Source: a bacterium (GTDB lineage Bacteria; Sysuimicrobiota; Sysuimicrobiia; Sysuimicrobiales; Humicultoraceae). Taken from it: a stretch of 19,583 nucleotides of DNA. Under the pieces are notes generated by a model. The model was not told the origin of the DNA. It ran no database searches and saw only the letters and a list, made by a program, of their open reading frames with translations. A program made the translations under genes and the position numbers. The number at the start of each line of letters is the position of its first letter. Position 1 is the first letter of the stretch. Where the stretch lies: NCBI GenBank assembly GCA_041497675.1, contig JBGQGY010000068.1, forward strand, positions 1-19,583, in the 5' to 3' direction. Of the stretch, positions 8,140 through 17,196 are shown piece by piece.

Positions 8140-8805
8140 ATGACAACGGCCCCCACCGCCGAGTTCTTCGTCACCATCCCCGTTGGGGAGGCGGGTCTTG
8201 AGGGCCACCTCAGCGTGCCATCCGCGGCCGCCGGCATTGTCTTGTTCGCTCATGGCAGCGGCAGCAGCCGGTGGAGCCCGCGCAACCGATTCGTGGCCGG
8301 CGTATTGCAAGGCGCCGGCCTGGCGACGTTGTTAGTTGATTTGCTGACCCCCGCCGAAGAGACCGTCGATGAGCGAACGCGCCGCCTGCGGTTTGACATT
8401 GGGCTGCTCGCGGGCCGTCTCGGCGCCGCCACCGAGTGGGTGACGGCATCGCCGTCCACACGCCATCTCGCCGTGGGGTACTTTGGGGCCAGCACCGGAT
8501 CTGCGGCGGCGCTGGTGGCGTCGGCGGAACGCCCCGAGGTGGTCCTCGCCATTGTCTCGCGCGGGGGTCGTCCGGACCTGGCCGGCGACGCACTGGAGCG
8601 CGTGCGCGCGCCCACGCTGCTCATCGTTGGGGGGAACGATACCCCGGTCATCGGCCTGAACCAGGACGCCCTTCGGCGCATGACGGTCGAAAAGGAACTG
8701 GCCATCGTGCCGGGCGCGACGCACCTGTTCGAGGAACCCGGGGCGCTGGAAGAGGTGAGCCGTCTGGCCGCCGGCTGGTTCTCGCGATACCTTCCGCAGC
8801 GTTAG
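8140..8805 (+). CDS. Dienelactone hydrolase-like alpha/beta hydrolase
   Basis: 221 aa; LFAHGSGSSRWSPRN, GYFGASTG nucleophile elbow, SRGGRPDLA, PTLLIVGGND, GATHLFEEPG. Confidence 0.9.
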   Translation: MTTAPTAEFFVTIPVGEAGLEGHLSVPSAAAGIVLFAHGSGSSRWSPRNRFVAGVLQGAGLATLLVDLLTPAEETVDERTRRLRFDIGLLAGRLGAATEWVTASPSTRHLAVGYFGASTGSAAALVASAERPEVVLAIVSRGGRPDLAGDALERVRAPTLLIVGGNDTPVIGLNQDALRRMTVEKELAIVPGATHLFEEPGALEEVSRLAAGWFSRYLPQR

Positions 8806-8806
8806 A

Positions 8807-9694
8807 CTACAGCGTGCCCCGCAGGCGCGGGTCCAGGGCATCACGCAGGCCGTCGCCCAGGAAGTTGAAGGCCAGCATCGTGATGACGATGGCCATACCG
8901 GGGAAGAAGACGAGGTGAGGCGCCACGCGAAGCACCTCGGTCGCGTCGGAGGCCAGCGAGCCCCACGAGGCCATCGGCGCCTGCACGCCGAGGCCGATGT
9001 AGGAGAGGAACGCTTCCACGAAGATGGCCTGCGGCACCGACAGTGTCATGGTGACGACGATCGGACCCATCGTGTTGGGGATGATGTGCCGCAACAGGAT
9101 GCGTGGTGTGCTGACGCCCAGGGCCCTCGCCGCTTCGACAAACTCGCGCTCTCGCAGCGACAGCACCTGGCCCCGGACAAGACGCGCCATGGTGAGCCAG
9201 TACACGGTGCCGAGCGCAATGTAGATGTTGGTCAGGCCGGGCTTCAGCACGACCATCAACAGGATGACCCACAAGAGCAGCGGCACACCGTAGATGACGT
9301 CGACGATCCGCATCATCAGGTTGTCGACCCTTCCTCCCGCGTAGCCCGAGATGGCACCGTACGTCACACCGATGACGACATTGAAGAAGCTGGCCACGAA
9401 ACCGATCGACAGCGAGATGCGGGCGCCGTATAGCACGCGCGTCAGGACATCGCGCCCGAGTTCATCGGTCCCGAACCAGTGGGCGCGGTTCGGTCCCTCG
9501 AAGAGGTGGTCGAAGTCCTGATCGCTGTATCGATAGGGCGACAGAGACGGGCCGATGATCGCGGCCATGATGAGGAAGATCGTGATCCACAGACCGATCA
9601 TGGCGCCGCGGTTCTTGCGCAATCGCCGCCAGACGTCGGCCCAGAAGCCGACGCTGGGCGTGGTGTCGCGGGCTGCAGGCCCCGGCCCGTTCAT
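8807..9694 (-). CDS. oppC: Oligopeptide ABC transporter permease OppC
   Basis: HWFGTDELGRD..RVLYGARISL, EFVEAARALG (EAA loop), EAFLSYIGLG, GDGLRDALDP. Start uncertain (ATG 9694 chosen; ATG 9757 possible). Confidence 0.92.
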   Translation of the reverse strand: MNGPGPAARDTTPSVGFWADVWRRLRKNRGAMIGLWITIFLIMAAIIGPSLSPYRYSDQDFDHLFEGPNRAHWFGTDELGRDVLTRVLYGARISLSIGFVASFFNVVIGVTYGAISGYAGGRVDNLMMRIVDVIYGVPLLLWVILLMVVLKPGLTNIYIALGTVYWLTMARLVRGQVLSLREREFVEAARALGVSTPRILLRHIIPNTMGPIVVTMTLSVPQAIFVEAFLSYIGLGVQAPMASWGSLASDATEVLRVAPHLVFFPGMAIVITMLAFNFLGDGLRDALDPRLRGTL

Positions 9695-9722
9695 GGCCCG
9701 GTGCGCGAGGGCGCGCCCCGGG

Positions 9723-10640
9723 TCAGTCGAATCGGATACGGGGATCGATGAAGCCATAGGCCACATCCACGACCAGGTTCATCGCGACCAGAAAGACGCT
9801 GTAGAAGACCGTCGTGCCCATGATCACCGTGTAGTCGCGATTGTAGATCGACGTCACGAAGTAACGCCCCAGACCCGGGATGGCAAAGATGCGCTCGATG
9901 ACGAACGACCCCGTCAGCACCGCTGCGGTGATCGGACCCAGGTACGTGACCACCGGGATGACAGCGTTCTTCAGCGCGTGACGGTATGTCACCGTGATCT
10001 CGGCCAGGCCCTTGGCCCGCGCCGTGCGCACATAGTCCTGCCGGATGACCTCGAGCATGCTCGATCGGGTGAGGCGCGCGATGAAGCCGGTGGGGTACAT
10101 CCCCAACGCCACGGCGGGCAGTAGCAGATGCGCCGGCGTCCCCCAACCGCCGGCCGGCAGCACGTGCAGGCGAAGACCAAAAAAATAGATAAAGAGCGTC
10201 GCCAGCAAGAACGATGGGATCGAGACGCCCAGCAGCGCCCAAAGCATCGAGAAGTAGTCCGAGAACGAATACTGCCGGAGCGCAGAGATCAGCCCGGTCG
10301 GGACACCGACCGCCAGGGCAAACAGCAACGCCAGCACGCCCAACTCGGCAGAGACCGGAAACCCCTGCCGGATGATGTCATTGACGGTCAGGTCTTCATA
10401 TTTGAACGATGGCCCGAGATCGAAGCGCAGCAGGTTGTGCAGATAGTCGACGTACTGCTTCCAGAGCGGGTCGTTCAGCCGGTAGCGGACCTCCAGGTTG
10501 CGCAAGATCTCGGGTGGGAGCTGTTTTTCCGCCGTAAACGGCCCGCCCGGGATAGTTTTCATCAGGAAGAACGTCATCGTGCTGACCACCCAGATGACCA
10601 CCAGCATGGAAAGCACGCGTCTGAAGATGAACCCGCCCAT
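9723..10640 (-). CDS. oppB: Oligopeptide ABC transporter permease OppB
   Basis: PGGPF, DLGPSFKY, DYVRTARAKG, HALKNA, GSFVIERIFAIPGLG, DPRIR; ATG 10640 follows GAGGG. Confidence 0.94.
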   Translation of the reverse strand: MGGFIFRRVLSMLVVIWVVSTMTFFLMKTIPGGPFTAEKQLPPEILRNLEVRYRLNDPLWKQYVDYLHNLLRFDLGPSFKYEDLTVNDIIRQGFPVSAELGVLALLFALAVGVPTGLISALRQYSFSDYFSMLWALLGVSIPSFLLATLFIYFFGLRLHVLPAGGWGTPAHLLLPAVALGMYPTGFIARLTRSSMLEVIRQDYVRTARAKGLAEITVTYRHALKNAVIPVVTYLGPITAAVLTGSFVIERIFAIPGLGRYFVTSIYNRDYTVIMGTTVFYSVFLVAMNLVVDVAYGFIDPRIRFD

Positions 10641-10650
10641 AGATGCCCTC

Positions 10651-10683
10651 ACGCGGGGGAGGAAGGACCAACCTCCCCCGCGT
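10651..10683 (-). other. Intercistronic stem-loop between oppA and oppB
   Basis: Perfect 12-bp inverted repeat ACGCGGGGGAGG / CCTCCCCCGCGT with a 9-nt loop and no U-tract; typical position for an mRNA-stabilising hairpin after a binding-protein gene. Confidence 0.8.
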
Positions 10684-10691
10684 CGACTCGG

Positions 10692-12278
10692 TCAGTGTCC
10701 TTCGATCCAGACGTTGCGCAGCAGCGGCGGGCCCGTCGGGTCGGTCGCCAGCCCCTGCACGTAGTTCTTGTAGAGGATCGGCTGGACGTAGAAATAGATG
10801 GGCGCCAGCGGCATGTCCTGGACGAAGATCTTCTCGGCTTCATGGAACGCCTTCATCCGGACAGCCTGGTCCGCCGTCTTGGTGGTCGCGTCGACCAGCC
10901 GGTCATATTCCTTGTTGCTCCACAGGCCTTCGTTGAAGGACGAGCCGGTGATGAACATATCCAGGAAGGTCTTGGGATCGCGGTAGTCGCCGATCCAGCC
11001 CGCGCGTGCGATGTCGAAGTTGTGCTGCGAGCGGGTCTGCAGGTAGACTTTCCATTCCTGGTTGGTCAGGTTGACCTTGACGCCCAGATTCTGGCGCCAC
11101 ATCTCCTGGATGGCCTCGGCAATCGTCTTGTGGCGCTGTGAGGTGTTGTAGAGGATCGTCAGCGTCGGGAAACCCTCGCCGTTGGGGTACCCGGCCTCGG
11201 CCAGCAACTTCTTGGCCAGCGCGGGATCGTACACGGGCATGAGCGGCCCGCCCGCCTGGCGGAAGTCCGTCCCGTTGACGACGATGCCCGACGGCACAAA
11301 CGCGTTCGCCGGTTTTTCCCCGGCGCGGGTAATGCGCGCGGTGATCAGCGTGCGGTTGATCGCAAATGCCAGCGCCCGGCGCACGCGCGCGTCATCGAGC
11401 GGCTTGTGCGTGGTGTTGAACAGATAGTAGTAGGTGCCGATGTACGGCATCGCCTTGAAGTCGCCCGTCTTCAGCAGCCTCGGGATGTCGGCCACGGGCA
11501 CGTTGGACGAGCCGTCGAGCTGGCCGGCTTCGTACTGGACCAGCGCTGTGCTCTCGGCCTCGATCATCGAGAACTCAATCCGCTGGAGCTTGATGCTCTT
11601 GGCATCCCAGTAGTTCGGGTTGCGCTCGAGGACGACGCGGTTCTGGCGGGTCCATTCCTTCATCACGAACGGCCCGTTGCCCACAAATGTCTCGGGCTTA
11701 CCCGCCCAGGCGGGGGTACCCGTCGCCACGGTCTTCGGCACGGGCATCAGCGTATGGAAGGACAGCAGGTCGCCAAAGAAGGGCGTGGGACTCTCCAGGG
11801 TGACGACCAATGTACGGGCGTCCTTGGCGATCACGCCGACTTGTGAGACGTCCTTGATGCTGCCACTGTTGTAGGCTTTGCCGTTCTTGAGATAGTAGAG
11901 CTGATACGCGTAGTCGGCCGCCAGAGCGGGGTCCAGCACCCGCTTCCACGCAAACTCGAAATCCCCGGCCGACACCGGCTGGCCGTTGGACCATTTGGCC
12001 GCCCGCAGGTAGAAGGTCCAGGTCAGCCCGTCCTTCGAGACGTCCCAGCGTTCCGCCATGCCGGGGACGAGGCGCCCCTGCGGATCACGCTGCGTGAGAC
12101 CTTCGTACAGCAGGTAGATCACGGTTGCTTCAGGAATCCCGGTGCTCTTGGCGGGATCCAACGTTTCGAAGTCAGTGCCGACGTTCCAGCGCAACACCTG
12201 GGAAGCCGACGGTTGCGCCCAGGTCGCGGGTGCCAGAGCCATGGTCATGACCAATGCCACGACCACCAGTCTGTGCAT
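10692..12278 (-). CDS. oppA: Oligopeptide ABC transporter substrate-binding protein OppA (SBP family 5)
   Basis: 528 aa; Sec signal without lipobox; TLDP, LYEGL, PGMAERWDVSKDGLTWTFYLR, GNGPF, RAGWIGDY; SD AAGGAGG. Confidence 0.95.
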   Translation of the reverse strand: MHRLVVVALVMTMALAPATWAQPSASQVLRWNVGTDFETLDPAKSTGIPEATVIYLLYEGLTQRDPQGRLVPGMAERWDVSKDGLTWTFYLRAAKWSNGQPVSAGDFEFAWKRVLDPALAADYAYQLYYLKNGKAYNSGSIKDVSQVGVIAKDARTLVVTLESPTPFFGDLLSFHTLMPVPKTVATGTPAWAGKPETFVGNGPFVMKEWTRQNRVVLERNPNYWDAKSIKLQRIEFSMIEAESTALVQYEAGQLDGSSNVPVADIPRLLKTGDFKAMPYIGTYYYLFNTTHKPLDDARVRRALAFAINRTLITARITRAGEKPANAFVPSGIVVNGTDFRQAGGPLMPVYDPALAKKLLAEAGYPNGEGFPTLTILYNTSQRHKTIAEAIQEMWRQNLGVKVNLTNQEWKVYLQTRSQHNFDIARAGWIGDYRDPKTFLDMFITGSSFNEGLWSNKEYDRLVDATTKTADQAVRMKAFHEAEKIFVQDMPLAPIYFYVQPILYKNYVQGLATDPTGPPLLRNVWIEGH

Positions 12279-12356
12279 AGGTACACCCTCCTTATGGACA
12301 CCACTGACTCTTGCTGCGTCCGATTTTATGGTATGGCTCGCGCGTGGAAGGGCGTA

Positions 12357-12374
12357 ATCGGGCGCCCGCCCGAT
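12357..12374. promoter_or_regulatory. Operator box for the oppABC promoter
   Basis: A-ATCGGG-CGCCCG-CCCGAT-T (perfect, extended arms); minus-strand TACCAT (12333-12328) 23 nt away. Confidence 0.82.
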
Positions 12375-12402
12375 TCGGAGACGCGGGGGCTGGCGGGCCC
12401 GG

Positions 12403-12768
12403 TTAGTGCGGCAGGCGCTGCAGCGTGGTCACCAGCATATCCGCCAGTTCGGTTTTTTCTACCCACCCATCCGCGGCGAGGCGCTCGACGGCATCCTCGT
12501 ACTCGGTCCCGTGGTTCGCGGTGGTGACCACCAGGCGCAGACCCGGGTATTGACCGCGCAGCTGCGCCAGGGCCAGCGGCTGGGCCACGCAGGCCCGCAG
12601 ATCGGCCACCACAACGTCGATGGCGTCGGGTTTGGCCGACCAGAGTTCCGGCAGCGACCGGACGTGTTCCACGATGCGCAGGTCTGCGGTGCCTCCAAGC
12701 ACCGACGCGATCGCCAGGTGCATCTCGGGAGAAGGCTCGACGATGGCCACGAGCAACGGTTCAGGCAT
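12403..12768 (-). CDS. Stand-alone receiver (REC) domain protein, atypical
   Basis: VAIVEP (beta1), DVVVADL (phosphoacceptor Asp), LVVTT, ADGWVEK (conserved Lys); no output domain. ATG 12768 preferred because ATG 12807 overlaps the operator box. Confidence 0.78.
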   Translation of the reverse strand: MPEPLLVAIVEPSPEMHLAIASVLGGTADLRIVEHVRSLPELWSAKPDAIDVVVADLRACVAQPLALAQLRGQYPGLRLVVTTANHGTEYEDAVERLAADGWVEKTELADMLVTTLQRLPH

Positions 12769-12805
12769 CTCGTCCTTCTTATACAGAGACGAGCCCCGGG
12801 TGCCC

Positions 12806-12823
12806 ATCAGGCCGCCGCCTGAT
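12806..12823. promoter_or_regulatory. Operator box for the receiver-domain gene
   Basis: ATCAGG-CCGCCG-CCTGAT (perfect palindromic arms); minus-strand TATAAG (12783-12778) 22 nt away. Confidence 0.75.
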
Positions 12824-12825
12824 TA

Positions 12826-13851
12826 TCACTTGACGATGAGCGCCGTTACCATGCCGTGCATGCCGTGATCGCTTTCGGCGTGGTTGAGGAGATGGCAGTG
12901 AAACGCCCACACGCCTGCCTCGGTCGCGTGGATCAGCACGTCGAACCGCTGACCCGGCGAGATGTTCAAGGTGTCGACCTGATACGGCTGCGGAACCGGG
13001 TAACCGTCCTCGGTGATGACCCGCATCGGCATGCCGTGGAGGTGCATCGGGTGGATCATCAATCCTTCGTTCATAAAGCGCACGCGGATCCACTCACCGT
13101 TCTTGGCTACAATCGGTGCCGTAGCCGGAAAGCCTTTGCCGTTAATCGTGTACCCAAAGAAACCATCATTGAGAATCAGGATCTGGTCTTGACTGACCTT
13201 TGGCTCTGCCGACCTGTTCTTCGGCTCGATGATGAACGCGCCCAGCAGGCCGAGTGGCACCTGGCGGTCTGCGGCGTGGTGCGAATGGTACATGTGCGAA
13301 CCGGGATTGCGTGCGGTGAACTCGTAGGTGAACGACTCTCCCGGCTTCACGGGCGGCTGCGTGATGAACGGCACACCGTCCATGTTGTTGGGGATGAGCA
13401 GACCGTGGAAGTGGATGGACGTGCTTTCCTTCAGGTTGTTCCTGAGGATGAGCCGCACGCGGTCGCCCTCGGTCACCCGGATCGTCGGGCCTGGGACCGC
13501 GCCGTTGTACGCAAAGGCGGTCTTTTTCACCCCGGGTGTGATCTCCCAGTCGATCTCAGACGCCGTGATCTTGAAGACCTTGACGCCGGCTGCGATCTCG
13601 GGCGCAAGGGGTTGCGCCCCCTTGCCGGCCGTCGGCGCGGGGAAGGCCTTGACCCCGGCCTCGTGACCGGCGTCCATTTCCCGAACGCGGTCCTGAATGG
13701 TCTGAGGCAGCGTGGACGCCGCCTGGGCCACGCGGGGAGCCAGGGGGCTATGGATCTGAGGCAGAAGTGGCGTCCTCCGCCCCGTGTAGGTTCCCGCCAC
13801 AAAGGCCAGGGCCACCAAGAGAGCGATGAGGCCGATCTTTGGGAATCGCAT
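12826..13851 (-). CDS. Two-domain multicopper oxidase (type B, small-laccase-like), exported or membrane-anchored
   Basis: SIHFHG, MYHSH, HPMHLHG, FHCHLLNH...HGM; T1 ligands only in domain 2. Start ATG 13851 follows AGGAGG, then a hydrophobic N-terminal segment (341 aa). Confidence 0.9.
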   Translation of the reverse strand: MRFPKIGLIALLVALAFVAGTYTGRRTPLLPQIHSPLAPRVAQAASTLPQTIQDRVREMDAGHEAGVKAFPAPTAGKGAQPLAPEIAAGVKVFKITASEIDWEITPGVKKTAFAYNGAVPGPTIRVTEGDRVRLILRNNLKESTSIHFHGLLIPNNMDGVPFITQPPVKPGESFTYEFTARNPGSHMYHSHHAADRQVPLGLLGAFIIEPKNRSAEPKVSQDQILILNDGFFGYTINGKGFPATAPIVAKNGEWIRVRFMNEGLMIHPMHLHGMPMRVITEDGYPVPQPYQVDTLNISPGQRFDVLIHATEAGVWAFHCHLLNHAESDHGMHGMVTALIVK

Positions 13852-13918
13852 TGCTGGGGGTTCCTCCTGGAGACACGATCTTGCTGGTGATCGTACCGGA
13901 ATGCGCCGGACGGCAACC

Positions 13919-13983
13919 ATCCGGTCTGCTGCTGATTTCCGCATCGGGTCCACGCCTGACGCCGGTTCAGCGGGCGGACCGAT
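13919..13983. promoter_or_regulatory. Three tandem operator boxes between the divergent MCO and CBS genes
   Basis: 13919 ATCCGG-TCTGCT-GCTGAT; 13943 ATCGGG-TCCACG-CCTGAC; 13966 TTCAGC-GGGCGG-ACCGAT. Minus TACGAT (13895-13890) is 23 nt from the first; plus TAAGCT (14006-14011) is 22 nt from the third. Confidence 0.68.
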
Positions 13984-14041
13984 GGCGGGTTGGGGGCGTG
14001 GGGACTAAGCTGGTCCCAACGATGCTGCGGAGAGGGCTGCC

Positions 14042-14713
14042 ATGTTTGTCCGGGACTGCATGACCCCCGATCCGAGGACGATCGAGCCGGACGCGACACT
14101 CGACGAGGCCCTGAGCCTGATGGGCGCTCTCAAGATACGGCACCTGCCAGTCGTCGATGGGAGCCAGCTGGTCGGGATCGTCACGTGGACCGACCTGATG
14201 GGCGTGGTGCCCATGCCCGGAAGGCGGCGCCGCACCGCCAACGGCGCGGGGCTCCTGGCTAACGCGCAGGTCAAGGACGTGATGACCAAAGACCCGCTGA
14301 CCGTCTCACCCGATGCGCCGGTCGAGATCGCGGCGCGGATGCTGCGGGAGCGAAAGATTGGCTCGCTCCCCGTGATGGAGCGTCACATGCTGGTAGGCAT
14401 CGTGACCGAGAGCGATCTGTTCGACGCGCTGGTGTATCTGTTGGGTGGAGACATCCGGGGTGTGCGAATGTCCCTGGAGCTGCCAAACGGTCTCGCCGAC
14501 GTGACACGGTTTACTGCCGCGCTGGCCGGTCTTACCATCGAGAAGAACGCGGTCGTCGTGACTGTTCGCGTCGACGAAGTATCCCACCGTGGGTACGTGC
14601 GCGTGGCGACCCCATCCCCGCTCGCTCTCACCGAACACCTGGCCACCGCGGGTTTTGAAATCTCCAATTTGCGATTTGACGGCGTCCCGAAGAACGCCCG
14701 GCACACGTCCTGA
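14042..14713 (+). CDS. CBS-pair protein with C-terminal ACT-like domain (AcuB-like)
   Basis: MFVRDCMT, IRHLPVVD..LVGIVT, VKDVMTKDP, KIGSLPV..LVGIVTESDLF, then a ~85-aa alpha/beta tail. Confidence 0.88.
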   Translation: MFVRDCMTPDPRTIEPDATLDEALSLMGALKIRHLPVVDGSQLVGIVTWTDLMGVVPMPGRRRRTANGAGLLANAQVKDVMTKDPLTVSPDAPVEIAARMLRERKIGSLPVMERHMLVGIVTESDLFDALVYLLGGDIRGVRMSLELPNGLADVTRFTAALAGLTIEKNAVVVTVRVDEVSHRGYVRVATPSPLALTEHLATAGFEISNLRFDGVPKNARHTS

Positions 14714-14732
14714 TAGCAGGTGAGGGAAACTT

Positions 14733-16652
14733 TCAGGCCCGGGTCGGCCTGAAACGGAGGAGCCGGAGCCCGTTGAATACCACAAGGACCGTGCTGCCCT
14801 CGTGCCCGACCACGCCCAGCGCCAGGCGCAGACCTACGGCAAAAGTCAGCATGATGAGCACGGCGATGACGCAGGCTGCAAACGCGAGGTTTTGCCTGAT
14901 CACCCGCCTGGCCTGACGGCTCAGCTGGATCGCCTCCGGCAGCCGGTACAGGTCGTCCCCCATCAGCACCAGGTCGGCGGTTTCCATCGCGGCGTCGGTA
15001 CCGGCGGCCCCCATCGCGACGCCGATGTCGGCGGTGGCCAGAGCCGGCGCGTCGTTGACCCCGTCGCCCACCATGGCGACGACGCCCTCCCGGGCCAACC
15101 CCTTGACGACTTCGGCCTTCTGCTCGGGGAGGAGGTCCGCACGGGTCTCGTCCAGTTCGAGTTGTCTCGCCACGGCCTCGGCGACTTGATGGTGGTCGCC
15201 CGTGAGCATCACGATCCGCCGAATGCCCAGCGCCCGCAGCGCACGAATGGCCGGGTACGCCTGCGGCCGAAGCGTGTCCGCCACGGCGAGAATGCCGAGC
15301 AAGGTCTGGTTGGCCACCAAAATGGGGACCCTGCCTCGCTCGCGCAGCAGGCTGAGGTGGATGGCCACGTGCTCGGAGATTGTGACGCCCTCGTCGCGCA
15401 TGAACTGTTCGCTGCCCACCCGCACCGTCTGGGTCCCGACGATGCCTTTGACCCCGCGGCCCGTGACCGACTCAAACGACTGCGGATCTACCAGGGCCAC
15501 GCCGCGTTGCCGGCAGGCCGTCACCACCGCCTCGGCCAGCGCGTGTTCTGACCGCTGTTCGATGCTGCCGGCCACTTCCAGCAGCGTCTCCTCGGTGACG
15601 GCCAGCGGGACGACGTCGGTCAACTCCGGTCGGCCCATGGTCAGCGTTCCCGTCTTGTCAAAGACGACGGTCCCGACGTCGGCAAGCCGCTCGACGTGCA
15701 CGCCGCCCTTGAACAAGATGCCGCGGCGCGCGGCGTTCGCGATCGCCGACAGCACGGTGGCAGGCGTGGCGATGACCAGCGCGCAGGGGGAGGCCACCAC
15801 GAGCAACGTGATGGCGCGATAGAAGGCCGCGTCTCCCGCAAATCCCAGCGCGATGAACACGGCGTACGCGGCGATCGCGCCCAGGATCACGACGATCGCG
15901 TAGACTTGACCGAAGCGGTCGATCAACCGCTGGCTCGGCGCCTGCGCCGACTGCGCTTCTTCGACGAGCGCGATGATCCGTGCGAGCGTCGCGTCTTCCG
16001 CTTCCTTCGTCACCTGGATTTCCAGGCTGCCGCGCTGATTGATCGTGCCGGCGAAGACCGGCGTCCCGGGGCCGACGTCGACCGGGATCGACTCCCCGGT
16101 AATGGGGGATTGATCGATGCTAGAGGCGCCGTGCGCGACGACGCCGTCGGCGGGCAGCCGTTCGGCCGGCCGGACAATGATGACGTCACCGACGCGAAGG
16201 TGTTCGACGGCGATGACGATTTCTTTGCCATCGCGCCGCGCATGCGCCTCGCGGGGGCGCAGGTCCATCAGCGCCCGGATGGCGCGGCGTGTGCGGCCTA
16301 CTGCGTAGAATTCCATGGCATTGCTGAGGGAGAAGAGGAAGAGGAGGATGCCGCCCTCGTCCCACTGGCCGATCGATGCGGCGCCGAGCGCCGCGATGAG
16401 CATGAGCAGGTTGACGTCGACGCGGCGACGCCGCAGCGCGCCCCATGCGGTGATCGCGCTGCCCGTACCGCCGGCCAGATATGCGAGGACGTGCAGGGGG
16501 AGCGACGCCGGGTCACCGGCGAAGTGCTCGACCAGTCTCGCGCCGATCAGGAAGAATGCACAAAACGCCGGCTGTGCGCCGGGGAGGATGTGATGGAGCC
16601 AGGACCCCGATCTGACGCTCCGGTCGGGGCCTGCCGGCCGCGTGTGGAGCAC
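14733..16652 (-). CDS. Heavy-metal P-type ATPase, P1B-4 subclass (PfeT/CoaT/CtpD type)
   Basis: TGES, SPC in the metal-binding helix, DKTGT, SEH, GDGVNDAP, HEGST in the last helix; no N-terminal HMA domain; 639 aa. Confidence 0.94.
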   Translation of the reverse strand: MLHTRPAGPDRSVRSGSWLHHILPGAQPAFCAFFLIGARLVEHFAGDPASLPLHVLAYLAGGTGSAITAWGALRRRRVDVNLLMLIAALGAASIGQWDEGGILLFLFSLSNAMEFYAVGRTRRAIRALMDLRPREAHARRDGKEIVIAVEHLRVGDVIIVRPAERLPADGVVAHGASSIDQSPITGESIPVDVGPGTPVFAGTINQRGSLEIQVTKEAEDATLARIIALVEEAQSAQAPSQRLIDRFGQVYAIVVILGAIAAYAVFIALGFAGDAAFYRAITLLVVASPCALVIATPATVLSAIANAARRGILFKGGVHVERLADVGTVVFDKTGTLTMGRPELTDVVPLAVTEETLLEVAGSIEQRSEHALAEAVVTACRQRGVALVDPQSFESVTGRGVKGIVGTQTVRVGSEQFMRDEGVTISEHVAIHLSLLRERGRVPILVANQTLLGILAVADTLRPQAYPAIRALRALGIRRIVMLTGDHHQVAEAVARQLELDETRADLLPEQKAEVVKGLAREGVVAMVGDGVNDAPALATADIGVAMGAAGTDAAMETADLVLMGDDLYRLPEAIQLSRQARRVIRQNLAFAACVIAVLIMLTFAVGLRLALGVVGHEGSTVLVVFNGLRLLRFRPTRA

Positions 16653-16657
16653 CGGCT

Positions 16658-17122
16658 CTAGCGGCGGGCTCCCTTCCGAGGGCGCCGGACCGGTACCCTT
16701 CGACGGCCGGCGGCGCGCTTGGGCGGCGCCGTCTCGCGCGGCCCTTCGCGCTCGCCACCCGTGTCGTGGAGGTTGAGGAATACACGGATGATGTCGCTGG
16801 CGCTGACAATGCCGATCACCCGGCCACCCTCGACGATAGGCAGGCGCCGGACCATCTGGTCGAGCATCATGCCCGCGACCTCTTCCACCGACGCGTCCTG
16901 CGCGGCGCTGACCGGATCCGAGGTCATGATGTCGGTCACCCTCTCGCCGACCCGGCCTACCAGGTCAACCAGGCTGACCATTCCCACCAGCTGGCCGGCG
17001 GCGTCCACGACCGGCGCGCCGTGGATCCGGTACCGTGTCAGGAGCTCGCTCGTCTCAGCCACCGTCATGTCCGGTACCACTGAGATGACGTCCCGTGTCA
17101 TGATGTCTGCGGCCGTCAACAT
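16658..17122 (-). CDS. CBS-pair protein with Arg-rich tail
   Basis: Real start ATG 17122 (MLTAADIMTRDV); IHGAPVVD..LVGMVS, VRRLPIV..VIGIVSASD; 154 aa. The longer ORF call overlaps the USP gene. Confidence 0.88.
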   Translation of the reverse strand: MLTAADIMTRDVISVVPDMTVAETSELLTRYRIHGAPVVDAAGQLVGMVSLVDLVGRVGERVTDIMTSDPVSAAQDASVEEVAGMMLDQMVRRLPIVEGGRVIGIVSASDIIRVFLNLHDTGGEREGPRETAPPKRAAGRRRVPVRRPRKGARR

Positions 17123-17196
17123 CGGCGTCGCCCCCGGTGCGTCGTTTTGTAGATCCGAAACCCTACTCAGCGTAGCCCCGCGACGTGGACCGGGCC

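Noticed and set aside
12826..13851. Copper nitrite reductase (nirK)
   Set aside because: NirK has its T1 Cys in domain 1; here domain 1 has HSH and domain 2 has the HCH and HxxHxH motifs of an oxidase.
14001..14017. GGGAC-TAAGCTG-GTCCC resembling a mycobacterial DosR box
   Set aside because: Spacer is 7 nt rather than 4, it occurs once, and its centre is better explained as the -10 element TAAGCT.
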